64,000 nt of DNA. It comes from an uncultured Clostridia bacterium (GTDB lineage Bacteria > Bacillota > Clostridia > TANB77 > CAG-508). Of this stretch, positions 48,848 to 58,324 are shown piece after piece; position 1 is the stretch's first letter, and each line of letters starts with the position of its first letter. Below the pieces are notes generated by a model. It worked only from the letters and a program-made list of their open reading frames with translations, did no database searches and had not been told where the DNA came from. A program made the translations under genes and the position numbers. The DNA is taken from contig CALXZX010000001.1 of the NCBI GenBank assembly GCA_944393375.1, forward strand, positions 6,988 to 70,987. The letters are read 5' to 3'.

Positions 48848-50434
48848 TTATTTCGTCAAATGTTTTAATTTTATTAAAGCATTAAATTCTTCTTCAAGCT
48901 CTTTTTTTCTTTTATCATCTTTTGTCATTGCTAGTTCTGAAGTAATTTGTGATAGTTTAAAATCTAATAATAGTTTATCATTTTCATGATGATTTTGTTG
49001 TTTTTTACTTTTTTCTTTTTCATATTGTAAATAAGAAGAATAATTTCCTTCATATTCTACGATTTTATGATTTTTTATCACTAAAATATCTGTTGCAATA
49101 TGATCAATAAATGCTTTATCATGTGTAACAAATAAAATCGTTCCATTATATTCTGTTAATAGCTTTTCTAAACTTTCAATTGATTCTATATCTAGAAAAT
49201 TAGTAGGTTCATCTAATATAAGTAAATGATTGTCTGATACTAATATCTTAGCAATCGATACTTTTACCCTTTCTCCACCACTTAAATCTTTTATCTTTTT
49301 TTCCAAATCTTTATCTTTAAATAGAAGATTGGCTAATGTGTTTTTTACAACCATTTCTGATTGATTCGTATCTTGCATCACATTTTGTAATACATTTTTA
49401 CTAAAATCTAAGTTTGAAAAATCCTGTGAAAAATAGCCTATTTTTATATTGGGATTTACTTTTATCTGATGATTACCATTTATGATTTGGTTTATAAGTG
49501 TTGTTTTTCCTGCTCCATTTTCTCCTATTAAAGCTGTTTTTCTATTGGTTTTTACAACACAACTTGCATTTTCAAATAACAGTTTATCTCCTAATTTTAT
49601 ATTTAAATTTTCAATATATATTGCAATTTTATTTTTCATTCTTTCTTCTGTTTGATATTTCATATATATTTTTTTATGATTTTGTGGTTTTTCTTTTACT
49701 TCTAATTTATTTAATCTTGTCTGTAATGCATTTGTGTGTCCTTCCAATTTTTCTCTTATATTTTCAACACCTCTTTTATGTAGTCTTGCCTCAGAATTTC
49801 CCATTCGCTTTGGTGTTTTTCGAATTTCTTTTGCTGTGTTTTTTGAAACATGAATTGCTTTTTCTAACCTATATTTTTCATTTATATATTGCATATATTC
49901 AAATTCTTCTCTTTTTACTTCTGCCTCTTTTTGTAACTTATATTTTGAATAATTGCCCTCATATCTTTTTACTTTTCCATCTTTTATTTCAATAATTGCC
50001 GTACAAATTTCATCTAGTAAACTTCTATCATGAGATATGATTAGTATCGTTCCTTGATATTTTTTTAACTCTTTTTCAATATGAGTAATTCCATTCTTGT
50101 CTAAATTACTTGACGGTTCATCTAGTAATAGGATTCCGTTTTTATCTAATACTTTTTTATGAAATGCTTCTTTCTTTTTTTCTCCACCACTTAAATTCCT
50201 ATTTTCATAATTGATTTTTTCAAATTGCTCCATATATATGATATTTTGCTTACGAATGATTTTTCCTGTATCTGGTTGTATTCTTCCAGCTATGATGTTT
50301 AATAATGTGGTTTTTCCTGAACCATTTTGTCCTACAATTCCTATTTTTTCATTTTCATATATTTTTAAATCGTCAATTTCTAATATTTTTCTATCTCCAT
50401 AATTTTTTGATATATTTTTTAATTCTAATACCAT
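48848..50434 (-). CDS. ABC-F family ATPase with ~100-aa inter-domain linker (candidate antibiotic-resistance ARE ABC-F; ribosomal protection type)
   Basis: Two ABC cassettes without TMD (GQNGSGKTTLLN... / GENGAGKTTLIN...), Lys/Arg-rich linker KYRLEKAIHVSKNTAKEIRKTPKRMGNSEARLHKRG; likely start MVLELKN at 50434 with SD aaaggaggag. Confidence 0.8.
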   Translation of the reverse strand: MVLELKNISKNYGDRKILEIDDLKIYENEKIGIVGQNGSGKTTLLNIIAGRIQPDTGKIIRKQNIIYMEQFEKINYENRNLSGGEKKKEAFHKKVLDKNGILLLDEPSSNLDKNGITHIEKELKKYQGTILIISHDRSLLDEICTAIIEIKDGKVKRYEGNYSKYKLQKEAEVKREEFEYMQYINEKYRLEKAIHVSKNTAKEIRKTPKRMGNSEARLHKRGVENIREKLEGHTNALQTRLNKLEVKEKPQNHKKIYMKYQTEERMKNKIAIYIENLNIKLGDKLLFENASCVVKTNRKTALIGENGAGKTTLINQIINGNHQIKVNPNIKIGYFSQDFSNLDFSKNVLQNVMQDTNQSEMVVKNTLANLLFKDKDLEKKIKDLSGGERVKVSIAKILVSDNHLLILDEPTNFLDIESIESLEKLLTEYNGTILFVTHDKAFIDHIATDILVIKNHKIVEYEGNYSSYLQYEKEKSKKQQNHHENDKLLLDFKLSQITSELAMTKDDKRKKELEEEFNALIKLKHLTK

Positions 50435-50436
50435 AA

Positions 50437-50471
50437 AAACTCCTCCTTTAATCATATTAAAGAAGGAGTTT
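50437..50471 (-). promoter_or_regulatory. Leader terminator/attenuator hairpin whose 3' arm contains the ABC-F Shine-Dalgarno
   Basis: Minus-strand RNA AAACUCCUUCUUUAAU-AUG-AUUAAAGGAGGAGUUU then UUUAUGG (16-bp stem, one G-U). Confidence 0.55.
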
Positions 50472-50545
50472 ATTATTTATCACTTTAAACCTCATCTAGT
50501 TTTTGCATATATTTTTATATGTTCATTTGGTAGTTTTACATACAT
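50457..50545 (-). promoter_or_regulatory. Two overlapping leader uORFs (MYVKLPNEHIKIYAKTR* and MRFKVINNKLLL*, ATGA stop/start overlap); the second terminates inside the 5' arm of the terminator
   Basis: Read directly from minus strand; first preceded by aagg SD-like sequence. Confidence 0.35.
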
Positions 50546-50669
50546 AAATACCTTAAAATTTGCATTATTAATAAACCATTCTAAAATATGATTATATCTT
50601 ATTTTATATTTTCTAGTTTATTAATAATCATTTTACCACCATTTTAACTTTTCTTTTCAATTCATTTCT

Positions 50670-50698
50670 ATTGTAACATATCTTTATTCATTTTTCAA
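50670..50698 (-). promoter_or_regulatory. Sigma-A promoter TTGAAA-17-TACAAT for ABC-F leader
   Basis: Consensus-like hexamers with 17-bp spacing, ~235 nt upstream of ABC-F start. Confidence 0.5.
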
Positions 50699-50706
50699 TA
50701 GAATAC

Positions 50707-51366
50707 TTACTCTGTTGTTGAATCTCCTATATAGTAAATTTTTCTTTTGAATATAAACTTATTGGTTTTTTTCCAATAGAATAATAGTCCACCAATAACA
50801 AAAACAATTGCCAATACAGCCAATGTAATATGAGAATATTGTTCAAAAATACCAAGCATATTTGCCCAATTTTCTCCTACTATATTTCCAATTATTAATA
50901 AAACTGTGTTCCATATAGCAGAACCTGAGATTGTATACATTAAGAATTTACCCATAGGCATTTCACTCATTCCTGCTGGTATAGAAATTAAACTTCTAAC
51001 AATTGGAATAAATCTACAGAAAAATACCGTTTTGTTTCCTTTTTCGTCAAACCATTTATCTGCTTTATCAATATCTTCTGTTTTTAATCTAAGCATTTTT
51101 CCAACTTTTCCTGAAACAAGTTTTTTTAATCTTTCTTTATTTAATATTCTTCCTACATAATATAAAACAATTGCACCAACAACTGACCCTAAGGTTGCTG
51201 CTAGTATCATAACCACTATATTAAGATTTGTATGTGTAGTCATAAATCCACCAAATAATAATACAGCTTCTGATGGAATTGGTGGAAAAATATTTTCTAC
51301 TGCGATTAATAAAAACACTCCCAAATATCCGAATTGTTCCATTATAGATAACATTATCTCTTGCAT
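50707..51366 (-). CDS. DedA-family membrane protein
   Basis: LGVFLLIAVENIFPPIPSE...RFIPIVRSLISIPAGM DedA motifs. Confidence 0.8.
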   Translation of the reverse strand: MQEIMLSIMEQFGYLGVFLLIAVENIFPPIPSEAVLLFGGFMTTHTNLNIVVMILAATLGSVVGAIVLYYVGRILNKERLKKLVSGKVGKMLRLKTEDIDKADKWFDEKGNKTVFFCRFIPIVRSLISIPAGMSEMPMGKFLMYTISGSAIWNTVLLIIGNIVGENWANMLGIFEQYSHITLAVLAIVFVIGGLLFYWKKTNKFIFKRKIYYIGDSTTE

Positions 51367-51378
51367 ATATTTTCTCCT

Positions 51379-52323
51379 TTAATCATTCATTTCTTTTTCA
51401 CCATTATATTCATTTACTAAATATAATGGTCTATTTTTACTTTCATTAAAGATTCTTCCTAAATATTCCCCTACAATTCCAAATAATAATATTTGTATTC
51501 CAGAGAAAAATAAGATTAACAAGATGATGGCTTGATATGCTTGTATTGCTGTACTTGTTACAATACATTTTGCAATCACATATACAAAATACACAAACAA
51601 AACAACAAATGTTGGTATACTGATATATGTAGATATTCTAAGTGGTGATGTCGTAAATGATGTAATTCCATCAATTGCTAAATCTACTAACTTTTTGTAA
51701 TTCCACTTTGTTTTTCCTGCAATTCTTGGGTCTCTATCATATAATACTTCTTTTTTCTTATACCCTATCCAACTAAACATACTTTTAGATTGTCTTTGAG
51801 ATTCTCTCATTTTTTTCAATGCATTTACACATCTTCTGTCTAATAATCTAAAATCTCCTGTATCTTCTTGAATTGGTATATTAGTTAAATGTTGTAATAC
51901 CCTATAATACATTTTGGATGTAAATTTCTTTAACCAAGTTTCTCCTTTTCTTGAATTTCTTTTGGCATAAACATCATCATATCCTTCTTCCCAGTATTTT
52001 ACCAATTCTGGAATCAATTCTGGTGGGTCTTGTAAATCTGCATCCATAAAAATAACACAATCACCTGTTGCATAATCTATTCCTGCAATCATAGCTATTT
52101 CTTTTCCAAAGTTTCTTGAAAAATCAACATAACTAATTCTGTTATCTTTTTGTCTATATTCTTTTATTAAATTGATTGTATTATCTTTACTTCCATCATT
52201 TATAAATAAGATTTCAAATTCATAATGTTTCATAGAACCCATTAGTTTTTCTAATCTTTCATATAAATGTGGTAATGATTCTTCTTCATTATATGCTGGT
52301 ATGATTATTGTTATTTTTTTCAT
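51379..52323 (-). CDS. Polyprenyl-phosphate glycosyltransferase (GT2, GtrB/CsbB-like, two C-terminal TM)
   Basis: IIIPAYNEE...INDGSKDNT...MDADLQDPPELIP; start at MKKITIII (RBS aaggaagtg). Confidence 0.8.
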   Translation of the reverse strand: MKKITIIIPAYNEEESLPHLYERLEKLMGSMKHYEFEILFINDGSKDNTINLIKEYRQKDNRISYVDFSRNFGKEIAMIAGIDYATGDCVIFMDADLQDPPELIPELVKYWEEGYDDVYAKRNSRKGETWLKKFTSKMYYRVLQHLTNIPIQEDTGDFRLLDRRCVNALKKMRESQRQSKSMFSWIGYKKKEVLYDRDPRIAGKTKWNYKKLVDLAIDGITSFTTSPLRISTYISIPTFVVLFVYFVYVIAKCIVTSTAIQAYQAIILLILFFSGIQILLFGIVGEYLGRIFNESKNRPLYLVNEYNGEKEMND

Positions 52324-52762
52324 CAATTTCACTTCCTTGTTTGTTTGCTTTTTTGTTTGTTTTAAATGCAAAGAATTTACTAATAAAAAAGTTTAGTATA
52401 ACAACAATTACTGTAATGGTTACTTTTGTTATGACATATTCAACATTCAATACTGTATATAGCAAAAATACACCTGCCATTTCTATAGCCATTGTAAAAG
52501 ATCTTCCTAAGATAAATTTTAAAAATTCTGTCCATTTTTCTTTTGCTGTTTCAGCAGTGGAATTAAATACCATTTTACGATTAGTAAAATAAGCAAATAA
52601 AATAGATATAATAATTCCAATTGTACTGGCTAAATTCCCTTCAACTTGAAATGCCTTTACCAATACAGTTGAAACAGCTATATTGATTAATGTTGTTAGT
52701 ACACCAAATATTAAATATGATATTGTTTCTCTTGTACATAGTTTTTTTATGATTTTTTCCAT
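52289..52762 (-). CDS. GtrA-family membrane protein (flippase-associated)
   Basis: 157 aa, 4 TM, GtrA-like. Confidence 0.7.
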   Translation of the reverse strand: MEKIIKKLCTRETISYLIFGVLTTLINIAVSTVLVKAFQVEGNLASTIGIIISILFAYFTNRKMVFNSTAETAKEKWTEFLKFILGRSFTMAIEMAGVFLLYTVLNVEYVITKVTITVIVVILNFFISKFFAFKTNKKANKQGSEIDEKNNNNHTSI

Positions 52763-52904
52763 TTCTTTTCTCTTTCTTTATTATTTTATTTTTTAATTCA
52801 ATATTATTTCAATAATTTTGTCTATTTAATTATATATTTTTTAAAATCTTACTTATTATATCAATAAATATATTCCTTGTAAAGGTTATAGCTATTTCTT
52901 ATTC

Positions 52905-53802
52905 TTAAAAATAATAACTTTTTATTATTCCTGGAATGAATAATAATATATATATCATTTTATTTTTCATTCCTTTTATGTTTTTCATTTTATATTGTTT
53001 TGTTAAATAACTAAATAAAATGTAATGTTTTATAACATATAATCTCTTTTTAAAAGAAACATCTTGCATATCATGTTGTTCTAAAATTTCTTTAAAATAT
53101 ACATAATGACCATATGGATTTTCCTTAAAAACTTTTTTTATATTTTTCGTATATCCATCTTCTTTATATTCACATATCATAATTGGTTTATTGATACATT
53201 TCATTTTATATTTTAAATCCATTTCATGATACATTCTAGCTTCAGTTGAAAACTTTTCATGATTTTCTATCTTGTACTGATATTGTTTTCGGACCTCTGC
53301 AAAAAACACAATTGCTTTTTCTCCCGTTTCTCCGTTCTTTAAAATACAAATCAAACATAGTAGTTTCTTCTTTTTGAAATAGGTTTCCAATATTATTTCC
53401 TTTTAAATCATATTTTAAAAAACATAAACCATATACATCTTTTCTTTCTTTTGTCTCATAATAAGTTTGTAAAATATCATAAAATGCATTATCTGAAAAT
53501 ATATCATCAGAATCACATTCTACAATCAAATCTCCATCAGCATATTGAACAACATGATTGATAGCTGACATTTTTCCTTGATTTTCTTGTTTATGATATT
53601 GTATTTCTATCTTTTTTTTATTTATGTACTGATTGATTACTTCTTCTGTATTATCTGTTGAACCATCATCTATAACGAGCCATTGTACTTGTACACTTTG
53701 CCTTATTTCATCATTTAGTTTTAAGTTTTTCACAATGCTGTTGTATAAATTACCAAGCATATTTGCTCTATTATATGTTGGTGTAATAATGGATAATTTC
53801 AT
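52905..53802 (-). pseudogene. Family-2 glycosyltransferase, frameshifted at a T5/A5 tract (53316-53320)
   Basis: N-terminal GT2 fragment MKLSIITPTYNRANML...VIDDGSTDNT...ECDSDDIF ends ...FDLYFKERRNGRKS*; remainder continues in +1 frame (AIVFFAEVRKQYQ...); deleting one T in aattgctttttctccc would join them. Confidence 0.6.
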
Positions 53803-53804
53803 AA

Positions 53805-54912
53805 TTATTCTTCCTTTAATAATTTTTCTAATTCTTTGATGATATGTTGATTTTCATATGTTTGTTTCTTCTCATCAAATGTTTTTATATTATTTTCAAT
53901 GATATATTTTAATTTATTATAAATTTCATGTTCATCATTTTCTACAATCACTGCATTTTTATAATTCTCAACTGCTTCTCTTGCTGCTGTATTGGTAATG
54001 ATAATTGGCTTATTCAAAATTTTTGCTTCTTCTAGCACCATACCATATCCTTCAAATTTAGAAAGTAAGCAAAATATATCTGCTTGTTTCATATATGGGT
54101 ATGGATTGTCTTTGGCACCTAATAAGAAAAATGTTTCTTGTAAATGTTCGTCTTTTATTAGTTTTTCTAATTTTTCTCTTTCTGGTCCATCACCAATAAT
54201 ATAAAATTTATTATGAAAATGATTTGCAATTAATTCTCTGTGGATACGAATTAATCTATCAATTCCTTTTTGTTCTACTAATCTTGCTACTGTCAAGAAA
54301 TTAATTTGGTTATTATCAAAATTAAAATCTATCTTTTCTTCTGCTTTTTCTATTACTTTTTGTGCCTCTATATAATTATAGATAACTTCTTCTGTCGGTT
54401 TCATATTCGGATATCGTATATCAAATACTTCTTTATTATCTTTACTAACAAATATCAACTTTTGATATTGATTATAGATTTTTCTGTCTATCATTAATTT
54501 TAATTTTGCCTTTAAACCATTTCCATACACTTTTGAAATATCATTATGAATCCAAGCAATTTTCTTTGTATGTTTGTTTTTCGTACTAAATAGCCTTGTA
54601 ATCGGTCCTTCCAAAAAAGCTATTTCTATATCATAATCACCTTGAATATATTTTTTATAATATTTCTTTTGGAAGCATAAGATTTTTAATGATATTTTTA
54701 TTTTTTCCAACTTACTGAATTCTTTGTATGGTTTGTCAAATATTCTTTTTACTTTTATCTTATTATTTAAACTTTTTTCTAATTCACCTTTTCCATAAAT
54801 CGTAAATATAGTGATATCAAATGTATCACATAAACGATTTACCATATCGACTAATACTCTCTCTGCTCCACCGAATTGTTAAACTCGTTATTCCAAATAC
54901 TATCTTTTTCAT
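53805..54912 (-). pseudogene. GT4-family glycosyltransferase, N-terminus frameshifted by single-base insertion near 54872-54873
   Basis: ATG at 54912 gives MKKIVFGITSLTIRWSRESISRYGKSFM*; removing the C/G in caattCggtgg yields the canonical GT4 start MKKIVFGITSLTIGGAERVLVDMVNRL... continuous with the 346-aa ORF (EX7E-type C-terminal motif GYGMVLEEA). Confidence 0.6.
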
Positions 54913-54982
54913 ATTTTCATGTATTCCTTTCTTAAAAAACAAATCTGATTGGAAAAGAATTAAATTCTAATTATTTTCTAAT

Positions 54983-55969
54983 CTAAACGAATTTTTCTTG
55001 TAACTTATCACGTATAAATTTAATTCTCGCTAAATTTGTATATAGTTTTAATGTAGGATTATTGACACTTCTCATATACAAATTCTTTAATCCTTTGTCT
55101 TTTAAATAGGTATTTTTCTTCCAATTAGGAAATTGTGTATTTAAGGATTTCCATGCAAATTGGATAATCTCTTTTCTTTTCTTTTTATCTTCAATCATAA
55201 CCATTCTAAGCATAGAACTACATAAGATATATCTTGCATAAGTATATTCCATTTCTTCTTTATACTCATCAAACAAGTTGTTTGTTTTGTAATATTCGAT
55301 AACATGTTCTAAAACATCAATAATTTCTTTCGTTCTCGTATTTTGCACATTTGAGATAGAATTTTCTCTTTGTACATAATGGATAAATGATTTTTGAACA
55401 ATTCCATAATGATGTATGAATGGTAATAGTTTATAGAAAAATTCCACATCTTCATATCGATATCCTTTTGGAAATTCTAAATGGTTATCTTGCACAATTT
55501 CTCTTTTAATCAATTTATTCCATGCGACAACTCTTGTATGGATAAACATTTCTTTTTTATTGCTATATTGTTTTCCTTTGCTTTCTAATGTCTTATCTGG
55601 ATATTCCCATAAAAAATCACATTCTACATAATCCAAATCTTCTTTTTTGGCTTTATTATACATTTCTTCATACATATTGATTTCAACATAATCATCAGAA
55701 TCTAAAAAGGCAATATATTCCCCCTTAGCATGTGGAATCGCATAATTTCTAGCATCTGATAATCCACCATTTTCTTTTTCCAAATAGATAATTTTATTCG
55801 GATATTTTTCTACAAATTGTTTGGCAATTGCCTCTGATTTATCTTGACTTCCATCATTCACAAGCAAAATTTCAATATCATCTAATGTTTGATTTACTAA
55901 AGATCGCAAACATTTTTCTATATAATTTTCTACATTATAAAATGGAACAATGATACTAACCTTTATCAT
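54983..55969 (-). CDS. Family-2 glycosyltransferase
   Basis: VSIIVPFYNVENYIEKCLRSLVNQT...LLVNDGSQD...FLDSDD. Confidence 0.85.
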   Translation of the reverse strand: MIKVSIIVPFYNVENYIEKCLRSLVNQTLDDIEILLVNDGSQDKSEAIAKQFVEKYPNKIIYLEKENGGLSDARNYAIPHAKGEYIAFLDSDDYVEINMYEEMYNKAKKEDLDYVECDFLWEYPDKTLESKGKQYSNKKEMFIHTRVVAWNKLIKREIVQDNHLEFPKGYRYEDVEFFYKLLPFIHHYGIVQKSFIHYVQRENSISNVQNTRTKEIIDVLEHVIEYYKTNNLFDEYKEEMEYTYARYILCSSMLRMVMIEDKKKRKEIIQFAWKSLNTQFPNWKKNTYLKDKGLKNLYMRSVNNPTLKLYTNLARIKFIRDKLQEKFV

Positions 55970-56940
55970 GATTTAACCTTTCTTCTTAAATTTAAATACC
56001 ATTTAATATTTAAGCTTAAAATGATTTTCCTAAATAATTGTCTTATATCTTTTGCCTTAATATTTTTTGTCATTTTTCTTTTTCTAATTTCTTTTATATA
56101 TTGCTTTTGATCTTTTTTCTCTAATGTTTCTATTTTTAATAAAATGGCATTTGTATAATAAATTTTTAATGTTTCTGCTGTTTTTTTGTTTAATTTATAT
56201 CTTTCAATTTTTAACAAAGCCTCATCATACTGTTTTAGAGCATCATTTGCTTTTTTCTTTGTTTTTTCATAACTGTCATTTCTTGTAATGCTTCCTTTTA
56301 CTTGTACATAATGATATCCATAAAAATTAATAGAAATCATTGTTTTGGCAAGTACGATTACAAATGGAATTAATCCAAAATCCTCATGTTCTGTTCCCAC
56401 CTTAAACTCTAATTTGTTCTTTGTAAATATCTCCTTTTTTATCACATACACACAAGGAGAGTCTAATAAAACATCTGTAGCATATAATTTTTCAAATCCT
56501 TCTTCTCCTGTTTTATCTTCAAATACAGGTCCACTAACTGTTTCTATGACATTTCCTTTTTCATCTTCTCTTTGCAATTTAAATTTAATTAAATCCATAC
56601 CTTTTTCCATATATTGTTTTACTAAACCATATAAATGGATATCTAAGTAATCATCTGCATCTAAAAACAAGATATATGTTCCTTTTGCTTTTTTTATTCC
56701 ATAATTTCTTGTATCTGCAACCCCTGTATTTTTCTTTTTGTAATAAGAAATGATTTTTGGATTTTTTTCTTTAAATTCTTGTATAATTTTATCAGATTCA
56801 TCTGTACTTCCATCATTAACTAATACCATTTCTAAATCTTCATCTTTTTGTTTCAAAACAGATTCCATGCATCTTTTTAATGTTTTTTCCGCATTATATA
56901 CGGGAATAATGACACTTAATTTTTTCAATATTCTCTCCAT
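55966..56940 (-). CDS. Family-2 glycosyltransferase
   Basis: LSVIIPVYNAEKTLKRCMESVL...LVNDGSTD...FLDADD. Confidence 0.85.
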   Translation of the reverse strand: MERILKKLSVIIPVYNAEKTLKRCMESVLKQKDEDLEMVLVNDGSTDESDKIIQEFKEKNPKIISYYKKKNTGVADTRNYGIKKAKGTYILFLDADDYLDIHLYGLVKQYMEKGMDLIKFKLQREDEKGNVIETVSGPVFEDKTGEEGFEKLYATDVLLDSPCVYVIKKEIFTKNKLEFKVGTEHEDFGLIPFVIVLAKTMISINFYGYHYVQVKGSITRNDSYEKTKKKANDALKQYDEALLKIERYKLNKKTAETLKIYYTNAILLKIETLEKKDQKQYIKEIRKRKMTKNIKAKDIRQLFRKIILSLNIKWYLNLRRKVKS

Positions 56941-57007
56941 CTTTCTTTTTAAAATATTGCTTCTAATCGAAAACGTCCAAACAGAAACGTCCCCAATTGT
57001 CCCAAAT

Positions 57008-58102
57008 TTAAAATATTGTTTCTAATATTTTTACAATGTTTTCATTATATGCTTCATAATCAAATGAATTTTTTATTTCATATCCATTTTGTATAAATTC
57101 TTTCATTGCCATATATATAGATTGTGTATCTTTTTCTACAACCATTCCTTTTCCTTCTTCTACTTGTTCATAATCAGATACTTTTGTTGTGATGATTGGT
57201 TTATGCAATACAAAACTTTCTAAATATACAACTGGATATCCTTCATATTCAGAAGATAAAATGATACAATCACTCATTACAAAATACGGATAAGGATTCT
57301 TTTTTCTTCCCAAAAAGAGAATTGTATCTTCCAAGCCATATTTTATAACAAGATCTTCATATAATTTCGTATCTGGTCCATCACCAACCAATAAAATTTT
57401 AAATAAAAAACCATCTTCTTTTAATTTTTTTGAAGCTTCTATAATTCTTGTTAATTTTTTTTGTAATTCATCATGTCTTCCTACATTTAGAAAAATAGGA
57501 ATTTCTTTTTTGGCTAATTCTAAGACCACTTCTTCTGTAATAGCTTCTTTTGATTTTTCTTCAATTCTTTTTCCATTTATCATATTGTTACATACAATAA
57601 CCTTTTCTTTCATGTCTGGAAAACTTTCTATAAAGTGATTTTTTCCTTCGTTTGAGACAAATATGATATGTTTAAATTCTTTGCAATGTAAATTCTCAAA
57701 AAAGGCAATCATCTTGTTTCTATCTCCATGATATAAACTAAGATAATCTGCATGACACCACAAGGCTGAATTTTTTGATGCTATTCTTGCCATAAAACTA
57801 CTTGCTAAAGAATATGTAGCAAAACTTGCTGAAAAATCAAATTTGTTTTTATATTTTATAATAAATTTTATTCTATTCAATAAATTACTTATCTTTCTTA
57901 AAATAATATTTTTACTATTGTTGGTGTTATACTCAACCACTTTTATTTTTTTACTTAATCTGTCTAAAAACACACCTTCTCTTTTTTCTAATGCAATCGT
58001 TATATCATAACCTCTTTCTGATAAATCATTTACTAATGTAACAAGTGCTATTTCTATTCCACCTAAGTCTAAGTTATGTGTTGCAAAAAAAAGTTTTTTC
58101 AT
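57008..58102 (-). CDS. GT4-family glycosyltransferase
   Basis: N-terminal LGGIEIALVTLVNDL, C-terminal EGYPVVYLES. Confidence 0.8.
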   Translation of the reverse strand: MKKLFFATHNLDLGGIEIALVTLVNDLSERGYDITIALEKREGVFLDRLSKKIKVVEYNTNNSKNIILRKISNLLNRIKFIIKYKNKFDFSASFATYSLASSFMARIASKNSALWCHADYLSLYHGDRNKMIAFFENLHCKEFKHIIFVSNEGKNHFIESFPDMKEKVIVCNNMINGKRIEEKSKEAITEEVVLELAKKEIPIFLNVGRHDELQKKLTRIIEASKKLKEDGFLFKILLVGDGPDTKLYEDLVIKYGLEDTILFLGRKKNPYPYFVMSDCIILSSEYEGYPVVYLESFVLHKPIITTKVSDYEQVEEGKGMVVEKDTQSIYMAMKEFIQNGYEIKNSFDYEAYNENIVKILETIF

Positions 58103-58324
58103 TCATTTTCTCCTCTATTTAGACATTATTTTTCTTCATTATCTTATCATTATATTGTTTTTTTTGCAAGTAACAGTTTTATTTATATAAAAACACTTTC
58201 TTTATATAGCAAAATAGCTGAGTCAGAAATCTTAAAAAATTCCTACCTCAACTATTAAAATTTTAAATCAATATTTCTTTTAAATTATACTCTTTATAGT
58301 ATGTTTTTATAGTTATATCCTTAA

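Noticed and set aside
49498-50402. 165-aa and 63-aa plus-strand ORFs
   Set aside because: Antisense to the ABC-F gene.
52905-53802. Treating 52905-53390 and 53257-53802 as two separate overlapping genes
   Set aside because: Together they reconstitute one GT2 enzyme across a T5 tract, and the 161-aa part lacks its own start context.
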